This document shows positions 10,317 through 20,429 of a stretch of DNA of 53,782 nt, one piece after another. Under the pieces are notes generated by a model, which saw only the letters and a program-made list of their open reading frames with translations, was not told the DNA's origin and ran no database searches. A program made the position numbers and the translations under genes. Source of the stretch: Bacteroidia bacterium (GTDB lineage: Bacteria; Bacteroidota; Bacteroidia; Bacteroidales; VadinHA17). The stretch is taken from contig JAPLDX010000041.1 of assembly GCA_026391215.1 (NCBI GenBank), forward strand, positions 1 to 53,782, read 5' to 3'. Position 1 is the stretch's first letter, and each line of letters opens with the position of its first letter.

Positions 10317-11480
10317 ATGAAAAGAATAGTGGTTGTGGCCTTGTTTGCCGGATTATCATTGTTTTTATGTGCCGGAAAGAAGACTCCTATACCGGGAGCT
10401 TACCAGATAGATCAGTACAAACATCTTATTGAAGGCAAGTCAGTTGCAGTGGTGGCTAACCAGACATCCATGATCGGGCAAACACATCTTGTGGATAATC
10501 TGCTGAATATAGGAATTGATATAAAGGTGATCTTTGCACCGGAGCATGGATACCGGGAGCTGGCCGCTGATGGAGCCAGGATCGAGGACGGCAAAGACCC
10601 TGATACGGGAATACCTCTCCTGAGCCTTTATGGTGAGCGCAGGAAACCTTCACCTGAAGATCTCCGTGGAATTGATGTCGTAATATTTGATATCCAGGAT
10701 GTGGGTGCAAGGTTCTACACCTATATATCTACCCTTCATTATGTCATGGAGGCTTGTGCTGAAAACAAGATAAAATTTATTGTCCTGGACAGGCCAAATC
10801 CGAACGGATTCTATTTTGACGGCAATATTGCAGATACGGCATACCGATCTTTTGTAGGCATGCATCCGGTACCTGTAGCCCATGGCATGACGGTTGGTGA
10901 ATATGCCCGGATGATAAACGGAGAGGGCTGGCTTAAAGGTGGCATAAAATGTGACCTTACAGTAATTAAGTGTAAAAATTACACTCATAAAAGCCATTAT
11001 GAGCTGCCGGTAAAGCCATCTCCCAATCTGCCGAATCAGACATCTGTATATCTCTATCCTTCAATATGTTTTTTTGAGGGTACAGGAATCTCGCTGGGCC
11101 GCGGTACACAATTTCCTTTCCAGGTATATGGTTCGCCTTTGCTGCCGGATAAAGGATTCAGCTTTACACCCGAAAGTGTGCCAGCTTCAACAAATCCACC
11201 CCTCGTGGGAGTGAAATGCTTTGGAGTGGATCTTCGCAACGCAATAAAAGACAAGCTGGTGCCATCACCGGGACTGAATCTCAAATGGCTGATAGATGCT
11301 TATAACAGCTACCCTGAGAAGGACAAATTCTTCACTTCGTATTTTGACAGACTTGCGGCGGGAACAACACTCAGGGAGCAGATCCGGAAAGGAATGACAG
11401 CAGAACAGATCCGCGATACATGGAAAGAGGGACTGAAGAAATTCGGGGAAATAAGGAAGAAATATTTACTATACAAATAA
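10317..11480 (+). CDS. namZ: Exo-beta-N-acetylmuramidase NamZ (DUF1343/YbbC family)
   Basis: FAPEHG, FDIQDVGARFYTY, LDRPNP, HGMTVGE, PSPNLP, GRGT family motifs; signal peptide. Confidence 0.9.
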   Translation: MKRIVVVALFAGLSLFLCAGKKTPIPGAYQIDQYKHLIEGKSVAVVANQTSMIGQTHLVDNLLNIGIDIKVIFAPEHGYRELAADGARIEDGKDPDTGIPLLSLYGERRKPSPEDLRGIDVVIFDIQDVGARFYTYISTLHYVMEACAENKIKFIVLDRPNPNGFYFDGNIADTAYRSFVGMHPVPVAHGMTVGEYARMINGEGWLKGGIKCDLTVIKCKNYTHKSHYELPVKPSPNLPNQTSVYLYPSICFFEGTGISLGRGTQFPFQVYGSPLLPDKGFSFTPESVPASTNPPLVGVKCFGVDLRNAIKDKLVPSPGLNLKWLIDAYNSYPEKDKFFTSYFDRLAAGTTLREQIRKGMTAEQIRDTWKEGLKKFGEIRKKYLLYK

Positions 11481-11485
11481 TTTTC

Positions 11486-11629
11486 GACCCCCCGACCCCC
11501 CTGAAGGGGGGCCATAAACCCATCTGTTACTTTAATTATTACCGGATTTTTAACCCCCTTTAGGGGGTGCCGCGAAGCGGCGGGGGTATTTGCCCTTTTA
11601 GGGGGTGCCGCGAAGCGGCAGGGGGGTCA
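11486..11629. repeat. GC-rich REPIN/MITE-like inverted-repeat element, copy 1 (right arm tandemly duplicated)
   Basis: Left arm GACCCCCCGACCCCCCTGAAGGGGGGC; two right arms CCC(CC/T)TTTAGGGGGTGCCGCGAAGCGGC(A)GGGGG(G)T at 11554-11587 and 11593-11628; homologous to 16543-16596 and 52353-52480. Confidence 0.85.
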
Positions 11630-12823
11630 TTTTCTTCCCGGATACACTTTGAGTGCTTCAGCAAGAGTCTCCATCGCATTCTTCAGATCGTCAATCTTAA
11701 GAACGTATGCTATCCGGACCTCATTTTTTCCATATCCCGGGGTGGAATAAAAACCTGAAGCCGGAGCAACCATCACAGTCTGGTTTTTATATTCGAATTC
11801 CTCGAGAAGCCACTGGGCGAATTTGTCGGAATCATCGACAGGCAGTCTGACAACTGTATAAAATGCACCCTTTGGCTTCGGGCAATAAACACCGGGTATT
11901 TTATTCAGTGCAGCAACCATATAATTACGGCGGGCGGTATACTCCCGGTTAACATTCCTGAAGTATTCAGGCGGAGTATCTATTGAAGCTTCGCCGGCAA
12001 TCTGTCCTAATCCGGGAGGCGAAAGACGTGCCTGGGCAAATTTGAGCGCAGTTGAAAGGACCAGTTTATTCTTTGTTATGAGAGCCCCTATGCGTACTCC
12101 GCATTCACTATAACGTTTTGATACTGAGTCGAGTAAAATAACATTATTCTCAATGCCGTCAAGCTTCATTGCAGAGAAATGTTCAGCTCCATCATAGCAA
12201 AATTCACGATATGCCTCATCAGAAAAAAGGAACAGATCATGTTTCTTAACTATGTCACGGAGATGCAGTAACTCTTCTCTTGAATAAAGATAACCTGTGG
12301 GATTATTTGGATTGCAGATTATTATCCCCTTGGTTTTTGGAGTGATCTTTTTTTCAATTTCACTCATCGGGGGAAGTGCAAAGTCATCCTGTATGTAAGA
12401 GGTGACGGGAACGATCTTTACTCCTGCAGATGTGGCAAAACCGTTATAATTGGCATAGAATGGTTCAGGGATTATCACTTCTTCACCCGGGTTGACGCAT
12501 GTGTTGAGAGCAAACAGTATCGCTTCAGATCCCCCTGTGGTAATAAGTATTTCAGTGTGATCGATATTGATCCCGATTTTCTGATAGTATCCGGCCAGCT
12601 TGCGGCGATAGGATTCATTTCCAGCTGAATGGCTGTATTCAATTACTTTCTGATCGAGATTCTTTATGGCATTCAGGGCAACTTCAGGAGTCGGTATATC
12701 AGGCTGACCTATATTTAAATGGTATACTTTTCTCCCTTTTCTCTTTGCTTCTTCCGAATAGGGAACAAGTTTTCTGATAGGTGACGCTGGCATTGCTTTG
12801 CCTTTTTCAGATATTGACGGCAT
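11627..12823 (-). CDS. PLP-dependent class I/II aminotransferase (aspartate aminotransferase-like)
   Basis: LNIGQPD, CNPNNPTG, SDEAYREF, SVSKRYSECGVRIG (PLP lysine), EVRIAY. Confidence 0.92.
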   Translation of the reverse strand: MPSISEKGKAMPASPIRKLVPYSEEAKRKGRKVYHLNIGQPDIPTPEVALNAIKNLDQKVIEYSHSAGNESYRRKLAGYYQKIGINIDHTEILITTGGSEAILFALNTCVNPGEEVIIPEPFYANYNGFATSAGVKIVPVTSYIQDDFALPPMSEIEKKITPKTKGIIICNPNNPTGYLYSREELLHLRDIVKKHDLFLFSDEAYREFCYDGAEHFSAMKLDGIENNVILLDSVSKRYSECGVRIGALITKNKLVLSTALKFAQARLSPPGLGQIAGEASIDTPPEYFRNVNREYTARRNYMVAALNKIPGVYCPKPKGAFYTVVRLPVDDSDKFAQWLLEEFEYKNQTVMVAPASGFYSTPGYGKNEVRIAYVLKIDDLKNAMETLAEALKVYPGRK

Positions 12824-12842
12824 GATGTTTATATTTTATTTT

Positions 12843-13802
12843 TCAGTTCTTGTCTGCGAGCAGGGCACATGAGATTTTTACAATTTCACTGCAATAACCA
12901 AATTGATAATTTTCAGCTATATCATTAAGGGTATGGATATTCGGATCCGACTGTTCTGAGAAAAAGAAAAGCGCTTTATAACCATATCTGAAGAATGGAT
13001 AGCTGTCACTGTTCTTATAATATTTATTGTCGTTTATATAAATAAGATTTGTAAATTTTGTGCAGATTGTTTCAGCATCATTCCTCAGACTGTGAGAGTT
13101 ATCATAGTCTATAATGTTTACACACCATGCAGTGGCATTGGGATCATTTGGCGTCTCATAGGCTATCATATCGTTATTCAGCATGAACCTTATCTTCTGT
13201 GAGAATTCATATGGCTCAGCGGCAAGATGAAGGCTTCCCAATAATCCGATCTCTTCAGCGCCAAAAGCGGCAAACATTATTGTGCTTTCTGGCGAAAAAT
13301 TATTCTTTTTCATTACCCTGGCGATCTCCATCATAGCCGCAATTCCACTGGCATTGTCATTTGCTCCCGGGACAGCTTTAAAAGGATCATCGGCAACAAG
13401 ATTATTATCATAATGTCCGCCGAGAATACAAAGAGAATCAGGATATTTGGTTCCCCGGATCAATGTTATGACGTTGTATTGCCATTGTTCATAATTAATA
13501 TTCCTGTAAGTTTTTGTTACAAGAAATGAATCTAAGCTGACATCTGTATATCCCAGCCCGGCAAACCTGTTTTTGATATTTACTGCGACACTTCGATGAT
13601 TGTCAGCAAGAGCAAAACGAGTTCCCATATTCTGGAGCCATATCACATCTGCTTCGAGTGAATCAGCATTAATATCATTCACCATTGAAAGCATCAGGGC
13701 TTCTTTCCTGGCCTTCTCGGATTCTTCCTTGGTGCATTGTGACAGGGAAAATATCATCAGGAACAGCGCAGGGATCAGGAATAATACCTTAATTGATTTC
13801 AT
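12843..13802 (-). CDS. M28 family zinc aminopeptidase, probable lipoprotein
   Basis: GGHYD, GANDNASG, AEEIGLLGS, NNDMI, IHT..D metal-ligand motifs; lipobox-like LSQC. Confidence 0.85.
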   Translation of the reverse strand: MKSIKVLFLIPALFLMIFSLSQCTKEESEKARKEALMLSMVNDINADSLEADVIWLQNMGTRFALADNHRSVAVNIKNRFAGLGYTDVSLDSFLVTKTYRNINYEQWQYNVITLIRGTKYPDSLCILGGHYDNNLVADDPFKAVPGANDNASGIAAMMEIARVMKKNNFSPESTIMFAAFGAEEIGLLGSLHLAAEPYEFSQKIRFMLNNDMIAYETPNDPNATAWCVNIIDYDNSHSLRNDAETICTKFTNLIYINDNKYYKNSDSYPFFRYGYKALFFFSEQSDPNIHTLNDIAENYQFGYCSEIVKISCALLADKN

Positions 13803-13885
13803 ATCCGGTTATGATTATTAGTTCTTTGAAACTGTTTGAAGATCCCCTTTTTCTGCATATGGACATCTAATATAGCGTTTTTTTT

Positions 13886-13893
13886 TAATTTTG
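13886..13893 (+). promoter_or_regulatory. -7 box (TAATTTTG) upstream of valS
   Basis: Exact TAnnTTTG match 24 nt before the ATG at 13918. Confidence 0.6.
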
Positions 13894-13917
13894 CGTGTCA
13901 ATAAACAGCGTCATTTA

Positions 13918-16545
13918 ATGGAAATCCCCTCAAAATACGAACCCGGAAAAGCCGAAAGCAAATGGTACGATTACTGGATGAAACACGGCTTTTTTAAAAG
14001 CACTCCGGATGAAAGAGAACCATATACAATTGTAATCCCTCCGCCCAATGTAACTGGAGTGCTCCATATGGGACACATGCTTAACAACACTATTCAGGAT
14101 GTGCTGGTCAGGAGGGCAAGGATGCTGGGAAAGAATGCCTGCTGGGTGCCGGGCACCGATCATGCTTCCATTGCTACAGAAGCAAAAGTCGTGTCAAAGC
14201 TAAAGAGCGAAGGTATTGACAAGAGAGATATTACAAGGGAGAAATTCCTTGAACATGCGTGGGAATGGACCAATAAACATGGAGGCATAATACTCGAGCA
14301 GCTTAAGAGACTTGGAGCCTCATGCGACTGGGACAGAACCCTCTTCACCATGGATAAGGAGAGGTACAATTCTGTTATTAAGGTATTTGTGGATCTTTTC
14401 AATAAAGGTCTGATATATCGTGGTGTACGTATGGTAAACTGGGATCCCCAGGCAAGAACGGCTGTTTCGGACGAAGAGGTTTATTTTACCGAGGAACAGT
14501 CAAAGCTCTATTATGTCAGGTATAAAATTGCCGGCTGGAACGATTATATTACTGTTGCAACAACACGTCCGGAAACCATTCTTGGGGATACCGCAGTATG
14601 TGCAAATCCAAATGATCCAAGATATCAGCATCTCAAGGGAAAGAAGGTCATTGTCCCGATGGCAAACAGGGAGGTCCCTTTCATTTTTGATGAGTATGTG
14701 GATATGGAGTTCGGAACAGGCTGCCTGAAGATCACGCCTGCCCATGATATTAATGACTACATAATAGGACAGAAGCATAAGCTCCCTTCAATAGATATTT
14801 TTAATGATGACGGTACCATCAGCCAGCAGGCTGCAATGTTTGCCGGTACTGACAGGTTTGCAGCAAAAGATCTTGCTGAAAAAGAATTGAAAAGAACAGG
14901 CGACCTTGTCAAGGTTATTCTGTATAATAATAAGATAGGCCGTTCTGAAAGGACTCATGCCGTTATTGAACCAAAGCTTTCAATGCAGTGGTTCCTGAAA
15001 ATGGAGAACATCTCTAAACCCGCACTTGACGCAGTGATGAACGGCGATATTCGTCTTCACCCTTCAAAATTCAGGAACCTGTACCGCCACTGGATGGAGA
15101 ATGTACATGACTGGTGCATAAGCCGCCAGCTGTGGTGGGGACACAGGATCCCCGCATGGTATTATGGCAATGATGAATTTGTTGTTGCAGAGAACGTCAA
15201 TGAGGCGCTTGCCCTGGCCAGAAAAAAAAGCGGTAAGGGATCGCTGAAGGAGACCGACCTGAAGCAGGAAGAGGATGTGCTTGATACATGGTTCTCATCA
15301 TGGCTCTGGCCGATAACATCCTTCGATGGCATAAACAAGCCTGACAATCCTGATCTGAAATATTATTACCCGACAAATGACCTGATCACAGCTCCTGAAA
15401 TACTTTTCTTCTGGGTTGCAAGGATGATTATTGCGGGATATGAATACAGGGGTCAGAAACCCTTTGACAATGTTTATCTTACTGGCCTCGTCCGTGACCA
15501 GCAAAGAAGGAAAATGTCAAAATCCCTGGGCAATTCACCCGACCCTATTGAGCTTATTGAAAAGTATGGAGCAGATGGTGTAAGGATTGGAATGCTTTTC
15601 TGTTCACCCGCGGGCAACGACCTGCTTTATGATGATTCTCTGCCGGAACAGGGACGCAACTTTGCAAATAAAATATGGAATGCCTTCAGGCTGGTACAGG
15701 GATGGAAGGTTGATGAAAAAGCAGATCAGCCTGAATCCTCAAAAGTTGCCGTTAAATGGATGAATGAGATTCTGAAAAAGGCAACTTCTGAAATTGACGC
15801 TAACTTCAGAAAATTCCGCATCTCCGAAGCGCTGATGACAGTTTATAAGCTTTTCTGGGATGAGTTTTCAGGATGGTACCTTGAGATAATAAAGCCTGAA
15901 TTTGAAAAACCGACAGACAGGAAGACACTTGAAGCAACAACCACTTTCTTCGATACTCTTCTGAGGCTTCTGCATCCTTTCATGCCGTTCATTACCGAGG
16001 AGATATGGCAGATGCTTAGCGAAAGGAAGGATGGAGAAAGCCTGATGATCAGCAGGATGCCTGAAGCAAAAAGGTCTAAAAAAGAAGTTATAAGCAGGTT
16101 TGAACTTATCAAAGAGACTGTAAGCAGCATAAGAACTGTAAGGACAGAGAAAAACCTGCCTGTTAAGGAAAAGATAGCTCTTTATATAAAGGCTGATAAA
16201 AAGAACTATGACCTTGAGTTTCTGCCCGTGATTACAAAACTGTGCAATTTATCAGAAATAAAATTCATCGATGAAAAACCTGAGGGAGCCGTATCATTCA
16301 TGGTACATACCACAGAATTTTTCGTACCCCTTGGGGATAAAGTTGATAAGGAAGGAGAATTAATAAAGATAAAAGAAGACCTTGGCTATTTCAGGGGTTT
16401 CCTTGCATCAGTAATGAAAAAGCTTGATAATGAGCGTTTTGTTAAGAATGCTCCTCAAAATGTTCTCGAGCTTGAAAGAAAGAAGAAAAGCGATACGGAG
16501 ATGAAGATCAGATCGCTTGAGGAAAGGATGAAGGAGCTGGAATGA
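13918..16545 (+). CDS. valS: Valine--tRNA ligase
   Basis: [13 protein letters not shown] (HIGH), [27 protein letters not shown]-terminal coiled-coil arm; ATG 13918 preferred over TTG 13891. Confidence 0.98.
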   Translation: MEIPSKYEPGKAESKWYDYWMKHGFFKSTPDEREPYTIVIPPPNVTGVLHMGHMLNNTIQDVLVRRARMLGKNACWVPGTDHASIATEAKVVSKLKSEGIDKRDITREKFLEHAWEWTNKHGGIILEQLKRLGASCDWDRTLFTMDKERYNSVIKVFVDLFNKGLIYRGVRMVNWDPQARTAVSDEEVYFTEEQSKLYYVRYKIAGWNDYITVATTRPETILGDTAVCANPNDPRYQHLKGKKVIVPMANREVPFIFDEYVDMEFGTGCLKITPAHDINDYIIGQKHKLPSIDIFNDDGTISQQAAMFAGTDRFAAKDLAEKELKRTGDLVKVILYNNKIGRSERTHAVIEPKLSMQWFLKMENISKPALDAVMNGDIRLHPSKFRNLYRHWMENVHDWCISRQLWWGHRIPAWYYGNDEFVVAENVNEALALARKKSGKGSLKETDLKQEEDVLDTWFSSWLWPITSFDGINKPDNPDLKYYYPTNDLITAPEILFFWVARMIIAGYEYRGQKPFDNVYLTGLVRDQQRRKMSKSLGNSPDPIELIEKYGADGVRIGMLFCSPAGNDLLYDDSLPEQGRNFANKIWNAFRLVQGWKVDEKADQPESSKVAVKWMNEILKKATSEIDANFRKFRISEALMTVYKLFWDEFSGWYLEIIKPEFEKPTDRKTLEATTTFFDTLLRLLHPFMPFITEEIWQMLSERKDGESLMISRMPEAKRSKKEVISRFELIKETVSSIRTVRTEKNLPVKEKIALYIKADKKNYDLEFLPVITKLCNLSEIKFIDEKPEGAVSFMVHTTEFFVPLGDKVDKEGELIKIKEDLGYFRGFLASVMKKLDNERFVKNAPQNVLELERKKKSDTEMKIRSLEERMKELE

Positions 16546-16596
16546 CCCCCCAGCCCCCCTTCAGGGGGCAGTCCCGCCCTGGCGGGACAGGGGTTC
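16543..16596. repeat. GC-rich inverted-repeat element, copy 2 (collapsed form) filling the valS/lipoprotein convergent gap
   Basis: TGACCCCCCAGCCCCCCTTCAGGGGGCAGTCCCGCCCTGGCGGGACAGGGGTTC; shares CCCCCTTYAGGGGGCAGTC..GAC.GGGG with the right arm of copy 3. Confidence 0.8.
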
Positions 16597-17898
16597 TTAC
16601 GGCATTACCTTTCTTACATAATAATTCTGGTCTACCGGGACAAGCTCCCAGTTATTATTCAGGATCAGCTGCCAGCCCTCGCCTTCAACATGGTTCTTAT
16701 CTTCTTTAAATCCCTTTGCTGTTATACGGAGATACCGGAAGCTATTTGATACAAGACAGCCTCCCTTTTCAACAGTCAGCTTGCCCCAGTTATCAGAGAC
16801 CCGTATTTTACTGTATATTGTGCCGAGTGTATCCATGGGGTGAATATCTTCAGGCTCGAAATCAAAATAGGGACTTTCAAGCTCGAGGAAAACGACGGGC
16901 TTTTCTGTAAAAGTGCCTGTCTGCCTATGGATCCTTTCTCTTATTGCCACGTCCCTTTCAGATTCCTCTTTTACTAATTTCTCAACCTCATAATTCAGTG
17001 CGATACTTCCTGCAACATCACGACACACATCAGGAAGCTTTACCTGGTAAAGCACTTTGACAGTATCGACCATATTTATACTTTCAAAATTCACCTTTGA
17101 AAAATCAAATCCTTTCTGATACAACAGGGTGGCATATAATGCTCCATGGATAAATCCGTACGACCTTGCATATGACGGGAATCCATATATCAAGTCGAGA
17201 TATTCAAATAACCTGGTTTTATATTCTTCAGGGGAATCCGTTGAAAGTGTGATATAAGTAAAGGTTGCAAGTCCCTCATAGTTCTCAAACATGGTTTCAT
17301 CACTGGCATAGTTCTGATAGCTCTCAATGTTGGATCCTCTGAAGATCAGTGCGTCTCTCAGTGCCAGTTGTTTTTCGGCACCTTCGGCATTGATTGCTTT
17401 TTGCAGGGCTTTCCATTCAAGCTTGAGCCAAAGCCTGGCATTCTTTTCATCCATGATGCTGATATTGAATCCGGATGATGAATAACCTGCAGATTCCTGG
17501 AAGCAATGGAAAAGGCTGTGAATGGAACGTGAAATGATCCTGAATCCATCCTCTTCTCCGGGCAGAGGAACCATTGCAAAAAGAGTGCCTCCGAATGTTA
17601 CAGGAATATTATTTAATATAAGTTCTTTTGGGTAAACACCTGTGTAGATCCCATCTTTTCCTTTCAGGATACCTTCTTTGTCCGGCTGGTTTGCAGTTAT
17701 TTTCCTGGTTGTCCTGTCAATAAACATCAGAGGACCATATAGATTTTTCCCCCAGAGCTTGCCATTGTCTCTGTTGCAGTCTTCCTCAATCTTACTGAAA
17801 TATTCACGTGCTTTTTCAGGTGTGAGGTACGAATTATCTTCTTCTCCCCGGCATCCGATAAGGAAAAGTAAAAGAAAAAGTTTTATCCATCTGTTCAT
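16597..17898 (-). CDS. Hypothetical lipoprotein with a degenerate zincin-like motif (HSLFH ... EGLA)
   Basis: Long ORF with lipoprotein signal MNRWIKLFLLLFLIGC (alternative ATG 17907); own -7 box upstream. Confidence 0.75.
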   Translation of the reverse strand: MNRWIKLFLLLFLIGCRGEEDNSYLTPEKAREYFSKIEEDCNRDNGKLWGKNLYGPLMFIDRTTRKITANQPDKEGILKGKDGIYTGVYPKELILNNIPVTFGGTLFAMVPLPGEEDGFRIISRSIHSLFHCFQESAGYSSSGFNISIMDEKNARLWLKLEWKALQKAINAEGAEKQLALRDALIFRGSNIESYQNYASDETMFENYEGLATFTYITLSTDSPEEYKTRLFEYLDLIYGFPSYARSYGFIHGALYATLLYQKGFDFSKVNFESINMVDTVKVLYQVKLPDVCRDVAGSIALNYEVEKLVKEESERDVAIRERIHRQTGTFTEKPVVFLELESPYFDFEPEDIHPMDTLGTIYSKIRVSDNWGKLTVEKGGCLVSNSFRYLRITAKGFKEDKNHVEGEGWQLILNNNWELVPVDQNYYVRKVMP

Positions 17899-17917
17899 CG
17901 GCGGCATTTTGCTGCTT

Positions 17918-17925
17918 CAAAAATA
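17918..17925 (-). promoter_or_regulatory. -7 box (TATTTTTG, minus strand) for the hypothetical lipoprotein
   Basis: CAAAAATA on the plus strand in the divergent gap. Confidence 0.5.
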
Positions 17926-18009
17926 AACAAAAATCTGTCAAAAAATCAAATGATATCAAACAGCAGAAGAGATCAGGACATTTATCATTATCTGTTTCAA
18001 TTAAATATC

Positions 18010-18017
18010 TAATTTTG
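18010..18017 (+). promoter_or_regulatory. -7 box (TAATTTTG) upstream of glnA
   Basis: Exact TAnnTTTG match 20 nt before the ATG. Confidence 0.6.
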
Positions 18018-18037
18018 CAGACTTAAGATTATCAACT

Positions 18038-19543
18038 ATGAAAAATAGCGAGATCCTCCTGAATCCCAATGAACTGGTTCAGTTTCTGAAGAAACCAGCA
18101 CAAGATTTTACCCGCGATGACATTATTAAATTCATTGAAGCGAAAGGGATCTCCATGGTCAATTTCAGGTATATAGCTGAAGACGGGAAGCTCAAGACCC
18201 TCAATTTTGTGCCTTTCAGCAGGGATCATCTTGAATCGATACTGACAGCAGGAGAACGGGTTGACGGATCGAGCCTGTTCTCTTCTGTTGGCTCGGGATC
18301 AAGTGATATGTATGTAATTCCAAGATACAGGACGGCTTTTGTCAATCCTTTTACAGAGACTCCATCCCTTGAAATACTCTGTTCCTTTTACGGCAATGAC
18401 GGTAATCCACTTGAAAGCTCACCGGAGTACATCCTGAAAAAAGCGTATACCCGTTTTATGAAAAAGACAGGTTTCAGGCTGAAGACATTCGGGGAGCTGG
18501 AATATTATATCAAATCATTTCATGATGATCTTTATCCGCTCATTGACCAGAAAGGATATCACCAGTCCAAGCCTTTTGCAAAATTTGAGGATCTGAGGGT
18601 TCAGGCTCTGAATTTATGCGCAAGGGCAGGATGCAGGATCAAATATGGCCATTCGGAGGTCGGACACTTTACAAGGGGAGAAGAAGATTTCGAACAGCAT
18701 GAGATTGAATTTCTGCCTGTTGAACCGGAAGAAGCTGTTGATCAGCTGATTATTTCAAAATGGATATTAAGGATGCTGGGATACGAATATGGTGTTGAGG
18801 TAAGCTTTGCTCCCAAGATCACAGTTGGCAAGGCAGGGTCGGGAATGCATATTCATATGATGCTGGAAAAGAATGGAAGGAACATAATGATTGAAGATGG
18901 TCAGCTGAGCCAGACAGCCAGGAAGATGATGGCAGGGATACTTGATCTTTCAAAGGCTCTCACGGCTTTTGGGAACACCATTCCTACTTCCTACCTGAGG
19001 CTTGTACCTCACCAGGAAGCTCCAACAAATATCTGCTGGGGCGACAGGAACAGGTCTGTCCTTATCAGGGTTCCCCTCGGATGGAACGGAGCAATGAATA
19101 TGATAAAGGATGCAAATCCTGTCGACACATCTGTTTTTGATGACATGCCTTCGAAACAAACTGTTGAACTGAGATCTCCTGACGGATCTGCTGATATTTA
19201 TAAGCTCCTTGCAGGATTAGTTGTGGCAATAGAGCATGGACTTGAGATGTCCGGCGCACTTGAGATGGCTGAAACCCTTTATGTGAGTTATAATATTTTT
19301 GCTGCTACGGATAAAACAAAGAAAAAACAGCTTGAATCTCTCCCCGCATCATGCTGGGAGTCTGCCGATTGCCTCATTGAAAAAAGAGAATTTTTTGAGA
19401 AGGATGGTGTATTTCCTGCCGGGGTGATTGATAATGTTGCTGCAAAGCTTAAAGCATTTGATGATAAAGACCTGAGCGAGAGAATACATGACAAGCCTGA
19501 AGAGATCAGCACCCTTGTCAGGAAGTTTCTTCATTGCAGCTGA
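18038..19543 (+). CDS. glnA: Glutamine synthetase (Bacteroidales type-I-like, ~500 aa)
   Basis: RVDGSS, GELEY, HSEVG, QHEIEF, GKAGSGMHIH, YLRLVPHQEAP, NRSVLIRVP, VELRSPD. Confidence 0.93.
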   Translation: MKNSEILLNPNELVQFLKKPAQDFTRDDIIKFIEAKGISMVNFRYIAEDGKLKTLNFVPFSRDHLESILTAGERVDGSSLFSSVGSGSSDMYVIPRYRTAFVNPFTETPSLEILCSFYGNDGNPLESSPEYILKKAYTRFMKKTGFRLKTFGELEYYIKSFHDDLYPLIDQKGYHQSKPFAKFEDLRVQALNLCARAGCRIKYGHSEVGHFTRGEEDFEQHEIEFLPVEPEEAVDQLIISKWILRMLGYEYGVEVSFAPKITVGKAGSGMHIHMMLEKNGRNIMIEDGQLSQTARKMMAGILDLSKALTAFGNTIPTSYLRLVPHQEAPTNICWGDRNRSVLIRVPLGWNGAMNMIKDANPVDTSVFDDMPSKQTVELRSPDGSADIYKLLAGLVVAIEHGLEMSGALEMAETLYVSYNIFAATDKTKKKQLESLPASCWESADCLIEKREFFEKDGVFPAGVIDNVAAKLKAFDDKDLSERIHDKPEEISTLVRKFLHCS

Positions 19544-20426
19544 TGGTGATGTTCCTTTCCTTTTCCTCCTCACGGGCGTCTTTTATGCTAACGTTCAGTT
19601 CAAATCCTATAAGCAGGGCTATTGAGTTAAGATAAAGCCAGATAAGGATGACCATGAGGGTGCCTATCCATCCATAGAGCTTATTATATTGTCCGAAGTT
19701 GTTCACATAAGCAGAAAATCCCAGGGAAGTCACTATAAAAAGTAATGTGGCAAGGGTCGATCCCGGCGATACGAATCTGAAATCACCACGTTTAGCCGGG
19801 GCAAGATAATAAAGGAATGAGATTGCCATAAAAAGAAGCAGAATTACGAGGGCCCATTTGATAAGGACAATTATACTGATAACCAGGCTCCTTTCAAGTA
19901 CATCAATTTCAACAAGGTAGTTAACTACCATCTTTCCGAAGATGACAAGGAAACCTGCAAGGGCAATCATTATCACGACAATAATAAGCAGAATGATTGA
20001 TATTTTCCTCTGGTGTATCCATGACCTGGCTTGAAAAGAGTGTGCTGATACCACGAATGCATTAATGATTGCATGAATGCCGTTTGTGGAAAAGATAATA
20101 GTAGCAATGAACATTGTAAGAAGAAGGCCTCCGCTTTTGTTTGTGACAATATCTATTATTGTTGTTTCAAGAAAGTTAAATGCGTTGAGGGGAAGCATGT
20201 TTTCAAACAGCTCGATGAGCTCATTTTGAAAATTGGGTATAGGTATAAAAGGTATCAGGGTAAAAAGGAAAATAGACGCCGGAAGCAGAGCCATCAGCAG
20301 GTTGAAAGCAATGGATGAGGCCCTGGTAACCAGTACTCCTTTTCTGAAGCCTTTCACGACAAATCTGGAAACATGGCCTATAGGGACTCCGTCAAAACCG
20401 GGAAGAACCAGTGTGTCAAAATTCAT
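19518..20426 (-). CDS. YihY/virulence factor BrkB family membrane protein
   Basis: LPGFDG, TRASSIAF, multiple TMs, YVNNFGQYNKLYG..G...LIWLY...LLIGFELN motif. Confidence 0.88.
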   Translation of the reverse strand: MNFDTLVLPGFDGVPIGHVSRFVVKGFRKGVLVTRASSIAFNLLMALLPASIFLFTLIPFIPIPNFQNELIELFENMLPLNAFNFLETTIIDIVTNKSGGLLLTMFIATIIFSTNGIHAIINAFVVSAHSFQARSWIHQRKISIILLIIVVIMIALAGFLVIFGKMVVNYLVEIDVLERSLVISIIVLIKWALVILLLFMAISFLYYLAPAKRGDFRFVSPGSTLATLLFIVTSLGFSAYVNNFGQYNKLYGWIGTLMVILIWLYLNSIALLIGFELNVSIKDAREEEKERNITISCNEETS

Positions 20427-20429
20427 AGG

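Noticed and set aside
11486-11629. Duplicated GC-rich repeats as a mini CRISPR array
   Set aside because: Only two direct copies separated by ~5 bp, no unique spacers, no cas genes; better explained as the dispersed inverted-repeat element
11309-11758. Small ORFs 11309-11515(-), 11567-11758(+) and similarly 52101-52403(-) sharing APLQGG-type peptides
   Set aside because: The shared peptide is a translation of the repeat element, and the ORFs run antisense into real genes
13878-13886. T9 tract in the valS promoter (also T9 at 41994-42002) as a phase-variation switch
   Set aside because: valS is essential and T tracts are common upstream of Bacteroidota -7 boxes; no evidence of variation
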